A stretch of DNA of 64,000 nt from Eledone cirrhosa. Its lineage: Eukaryota. Each line of letters starts with the position of its first letter. The stretch's first letter is position 1. Made by a program: the position numbers and the translations under genes. Where the stretch lies: NCBI GenBank assembly GCA_964016885.1, contig OZ024742.1:806001-870000 (forward strand), in the 5' to 3' direction. Under the pieces are notes generated by a model, which saw only the letters and a program-made list of their open reading frames with translations, was not told the origin of the DNA and did no database searches. This document shows positions 59,994 to 64,000 of the stretch, in pieces.

Positions 59994-60121
59994 CATGTGA
60001 GTGTGTTTATATATATATATATATACATATATATATTTATGAAAGAGTTGTTAATAATGTAGATGAAACCCTTTATGTACAGCCGACCGTGTTGTTCTTC
60101 ACTCTTTCACTGCTATGTGTG

Positions 60122-60148
60122 TATATATCTATCTATATATATATATAT

Positions 60149-60187
<39 letters not shown>

Positions 60188-60246
60188 TATATAGATATAT
60201 ATATATATACACATATATATACACATATATATGTATATATATACAC

Positions 60247-60277
<31 letters not shown>

Positions 60278-60290
60278 TATATATATATAT

Positions 60291-60330
<40 letters not shown>
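60122..60330. repeat. Imperfect (TA)n/(CA)n microsatellite
   Basis: Seen directly. Confidence 0.95.
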
Positions 60331-60333
<3 letters not shown>

Positions 60334-60475
60334 TGAGTTTATGTTGGTTGTATACCAACACCTCATATGCAGGCTGGAGCACTCGACGAAGTGCGCAGGT
60401 TGGTTTGGTTACTCCGGAGTAGTGTAAAATCGAGTTAAATAAAAGTCAAATGATTAAAATTTAGCTTTGTTTATT

Positions 60476-60530
60476 ACTGCTATATATATTTCAGTGACAG
60501 CCATCTTTGGCTGTGACCTCTTCAGGCAGT
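60476..60530 (-). ncRNA. Minimal type I hammerhead ribozyme motif (left arm)
   Basis: The minus strand reads ACTGC-CTGAAGA-GGTCACAGCCA AAGA TGGCTGTCACT-GAAA-TATATA-TA-GCAGT. This gives stem I ACTGC/GCAGT, core CUGANGA and GAAA, a stem II hairpin, a short palindromic stem III and a UA cleavage site. Confidence 0.72.
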
Positions 60531-60553
60531 TTGAATTAGTATGGTATAGTATG

Positions 60554-60607
60554 GTTAATTCATTGAGGAACTGGAGTCATATGACTCCAGTTCCTCAGTG
60601 AATTAAC
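60554..60607. repeat. 54-bp loopless palindrome nested in the spacer of the long inverted repeat
   Basis: GTTAATTCATTGAGGAACTGGAGTCAT|ATGACTCCAGTTCCTCAGTGAATTAAC, with one mismatched pair. Confidence 0.93.
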
Positions 60608-60695
60608 AACCCAACAAGGAACTGGGCATATCAGAGTATTGACAATATTATACACCTAAAGAACATATGTACTTGTCTATACCATACTAATTCAA

Positions 60696-60750
60696 ACTGC
60701 CTGAAGAGGTCACAGCCAAAGATGGCAGTCACTGAAATATATATAGCAGT
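60696..60750 (+). ncRNA. Minimal type I hammerhead ribozyme motif (right arm)
   Basis: ACTGC(60696)-CTGAAGA(60701-60707)-stem II-GAAA(60734-60737)-TATATA-TA-GCAGT(60746-60750). It has one more stem II mismatch than the left-arm copy. Confidence 0.68.
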
Positions 60751-60800
60751 AATAAACGAAGCTAAATTTTAATCATTTGACTTTTATTTAACTTTATTTT

Positions 60801-60812
60801 ATATATATATAT

Positions 60813-60897
<85 letters not shown>

Positions 60898-60996
60898 TAT
60901 ATATATATATACACATATATATATACCTATACATATATATATATACCTATACATATATATATATACCTATACATACATATATATATTTATATATAA
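60801..60996. repeat. Compound (TA)n microsatellite with a short ATATACCTATACAT-type minisatellite
   Basis: Seen directly. Confidence 0.9.
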
Positions 60997-61202
60997 TATA
61001 ATGAAATGACAGGAGGCTGGATTTGTGTAAATCCTTGAAAGGTTTATTATACTATGATCATTTCAATGATCGGGTTCCGTATGAATCCGATGATATCATC
61101 AGGTATTCGAAATATAATACGTGAACCCGTTCATTGAAATGATCATAGTATAATAAACCTTTCAAGGATTTACACAAATCCAGCTCCTGTCATTTCATTA
61201 TA
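60997..61202. repeat. Second long foldback palindrome, with ~86-bp arms (60997-61082 and 61117-61202) and a self-complementary centre
   Basis: TATAATGAAATGACAGGAG…GGGTTCCGTAT pairs with ATACGTGAACCCG…CATTTCATTATA (1 mismatch and 2 single-base indels by eye). The centre GAATCCGATGAT|ATCATCAGGTATTC also folds back. Confidence 0.92.
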
Positions 61203-61349
61203 ATATTTAACTCCTTAATAGCACCGCTAACTACAAAAACAAAGACGGTTGAACTGCTTTACATTGAGTACTCTCTATATTATTACATTACGATTGACCA
61301 TATGGAATAGACCAGCTCTATACAGTGGTAAACCTCAAACCTGAATGAA

Positions 61350-61608
<259 letters not shown>

Positions 61609-61624
61609 TGTAGAAAGTGAACGT

Positions 61625-61720
61625 GGAGGTGCTACAGCAAAAAAGCCCCCAGCACTCACTGTAAATCAGGTTGGTTAGGAAGGGCATCCAGCTGTAGAAA
61701 TCAAGCCAGAATCAGTTCCT
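61625..61720 (+). mobile_element. Fragment of a second SINE or RTE-related repeat
   Basis: CACTGTAAATCAGGTTGGTTAGGAAGGGCATCCAGCTGTAGAAA resembles the GTTGG…AGGAAGGGCATCC(A/G)GC motif of RTE-associated SINEs (from recall). It differs from the tail at 59270-59435. Confidence 0.5.
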
Positions 61721-61816
61721 GGAAAAGTATATATATGTCTATATATATATATCAAGGAAAAGTATATATATGTCTATATATATATATGTATATATATGTA
61801 TATATGTATATATATA

Positions 61817-62014
61817 TTTACCCTAAAATGGGAGAAATTAGCTAAAACCCAAAGCTTTTCCAGGAGCCAAAATTTCTGCAAATTGTGTAATCTTGAGATT
61901 TATTACATAATCACACACAAGAAGAAACTGCTGAATAACAGAATTGAACGAACATTATTCTGCCGTCACAGAACTAAAACCCTTTTTTCCCACTACAAGC
62001 CGAATATTACATAA
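61817..62014 (+). pseudogene. 5'-truncated C-terminal end of a Penelope-like element ORF (region after the GIY-YIG core, CxxC…CRH)
   Basis: FTLKWEKLAKTQSFSRSQNFCKLCNLEIYYIITHKKKLLNNRIERTLFCRHRTKTLFSHY fits the recalled pattern W-x-I…C-x-LC-x2-E…LLN-x-R-x-E…CRH-x2-K at the end of invertebrate PLE proteins. It starts abruptly inside a (TA)n tract, and a PLE-type hammerhead lies downstream on the same strand. Confidence 0.72.
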
Positions 62015-62185
62015 AAGAGGGACATCCCCCAACTATATAAACCTTAATCTAGTTAGAAAAATATAAAAACAATCTCTTCTCAACATATATTAATAACCTT
62101 AAATTACCACACTAATAATGGAAAGATATGCTGATGAGAATAGGTGCAAATATGCGATAATGAATGTGTCTAAAAACGTCCATAA

Positions 62186-62281
62186 GTATGTATATATATG
62201 TGAAAATGTATATAAATAAGTAAATATATATATATGTTTGATGTGTATAGTTAGATGTAAGTGTATTCATGTATTAAAGTG

Positions 62282-62322
<41 letters not shown>

Positions 62323-62580
62323 TGTATATATATATATATATGTATGTATATATGTGTATATAGATGTGTATGTATGTGTATGTGTGTACACATGGACTAG
62401 AGTATGTATGTATATATGTGTGTGTCTATACGTGTGTATATAAAGATAAGTTGAGTATGAAAATGTATACACATGAGCGCATATGTATGTACATGAATAC
62501 ATGTGTGTATATATATGTGTATGCATGTGTATATATATGTAAGTATGAATATGTGAATTGTGAGTATATGTATTTTGTAG
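62186..62580. repeat. Degenerate (TA)n/(TATG)n low-complexity tract
   Basis: Seen directly. Confidence 0.85.
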
Positions 62581-62905
62581 AGGTGTGCAAATATATTTGT
62601 GTGTGAATGCGTGGGTGAAAGGATACGTACACTTGAAAGAAAAATTTAAGTCTGAATGTTAATTAAGTGCAAACACAAAACCAACCACGCATATCTTTAC
62701 TATCTCTAATCCTTCTATAGATTTAGAAAAATAACCAATAATATATTCTATAAAAAATGTCAAAACAACAGATGCGATTCTAATTACTCACTGCCACCAA
62801 GAATTCTCACTGCTATCGAAAAACCACTCCTTCAACTATTCTTCTAACAACTTCACCCCTCCCTCCTAATATTCTCTATAAAAACTAAATAGGTCCTCAG
62901 TAATA

Positions 62906-63025
62906 TTATTCTGATGAAATGACAGTAAATAATAACATTGAAATATTGAATGTCTGCATAACTAAAAGTTTGTAGATAGCAGCTGTTTTAGGTTATGTAA
63001 CTGTTATAGAAACACGTGTCAATAA
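62906..63025 (+). ncRNA. Type I hammerhead ribozyme motif with palindromic stem III and a greatly extended stem II
   Basis: TTATT-CTGATGA(62911-62917)-[91 nt closed by ATGACAGT/ACTGTTAT]-GAAAC-ACGT-GTC(63009-63020)-AATAA. Stem I is TTATT/AATAA, the site is a canonical GUC, and stem III is self-complementary (ACACGTGT). Confidence 0.72.
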
Positions 63026-63175
63026 ATTCCTTTCAACTAAACTGTATCCATTCAAATCTTTCTATTTTTCTCTGGATTACTTTTGGAACTACAACTGGAA
63101 CCGTCGAGCAAACTCTACGTGAGCTGATAATCTACTGTGTGTAATATTTATATTACAACACAACGGAAAATACTG

Positions 63176-63410
<235 letters not shown>

Positions 63411-64000
63411 GTCAGGTCACCAGTTGGTGCTACTGGTAACATGTATCCCAGTACAACCTGTCTCATGGTCGGGTCGTTGGCGACTAAAATGGCAACCCCA
63501 CCAAGGTCTCTTGGTGAGGAGGGTGACTGGACATCCTGCAGGACTAAAAACAAAACCTGTCAAAGGGCAAAGGAGCTCTTAAGAGTCAATGGCCATCCAA
63601 AATCACCGGGAGAGATGACCCCTTAGCCTTTGTCAAGGCAGAATTCTAGGAGAAGGAAAACTCTGATATAACACATGCAACCCTGATGGTATCCAATGAT
63701 GTTGAGTTGTTCTTCTTTTTGGTAAATATCATCTTGGTTAAGAGAGTGGGACTGGCTTTGTGCAGTGCCTTTGCTCACTATAAAAGCTTCACAGCACAGG
63801 CATTGCTTTGTATCTGGAGATCTCCCTGCACTTGTCGTCACATGGTACCATGGGCCCAGCACTATGTGTCAATAATTGTCACAAGTGTAGTGTCTGTACC
63901 AGAGTTTTCAAGTCGCTGGCTGGACTAAAAAGTGACACTCGTTCAGCGTATCGGTAGGGGTTCTCTTACATGGATATAAAGTAGTGGCTGTACTCGAAAA
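63411..64000 (+). mobile_element. RTE-clade-derived non-autonomous remnant (5'UTR-like part plus ORF 3' end)
   Basis: CTAGGAGAAGGAAAACTCTGA (about 63646-63666) resembles RTE 5'UTR motifs (from recall). Bases 63886-63957 translate as CSVCTRVFKSLAGLKSDTRSAYR*, a decayed C-x2-C-x12-H-x4-H finger of the kind found at RTE ORF ends. Confidence 0.55.

Larger units (their letters stand above)
60425..60801. repeat. Long inverted repeat with 125-bp arms (60425-60549 and 60677-60801); probably inverted Penelope-like terminal-repeat fragments
   Basis: The arms are reverse complements with 4 mismatches by eye. Each arm carries a hammerhead motif. The structure sits between (TA)n tracts. Confidence 0.93.

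Noticed and set aside
60041-60108. Short inverted repeat GAAAGAGT/ACTCTTTC
   Set aside because: It is only 8 bp long with no other support, so it is compatible with chance.
62918-63008. SECIS element (some Naiad PLEs encode selenoproteins)
   Set aside because: AUGA and AAA are present, but I could not identify a matching GA quartet, and the ORF fragment has no in-frame TGA.

Overview
Eukaryotic genomic DNA, probably a marine invertebrate and plausibly an octopus or other cephalopod (inferred from the SINE types and (TA)n-rich flank). Bases 1-59228 are one G/T-rich satellite of 33/34-bp monomers, TGGAGGTGTGTGGTCTAGTGGTAAAGGTGTT+AG/CTG, organised into nested higher-order duplications of 100 bp to about 23 kb. 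All ORFs over the array are artefacts. The monomer looks like the A-box-containing 5' head of a tRNA-derived CORE-SINE: the last monomer runs straight into a SINE CORE/3' body, and a related SINE with its head intact lies at 61487. A 91-bp minus-strand exon resembling the class IX myosin motor domain (59546-59636) places the array inside a >59-kb intron. The 4.7-kb flank holds a mariner-like MITE, two long foldback palindromes, several minimal hammerhead ribozyme motifs, a Penelope-like element 3' fragment, SINE fragments, an RTE-like remnant and (TA)n microsatellites. Family assignments come from motif recall, not from database searches.
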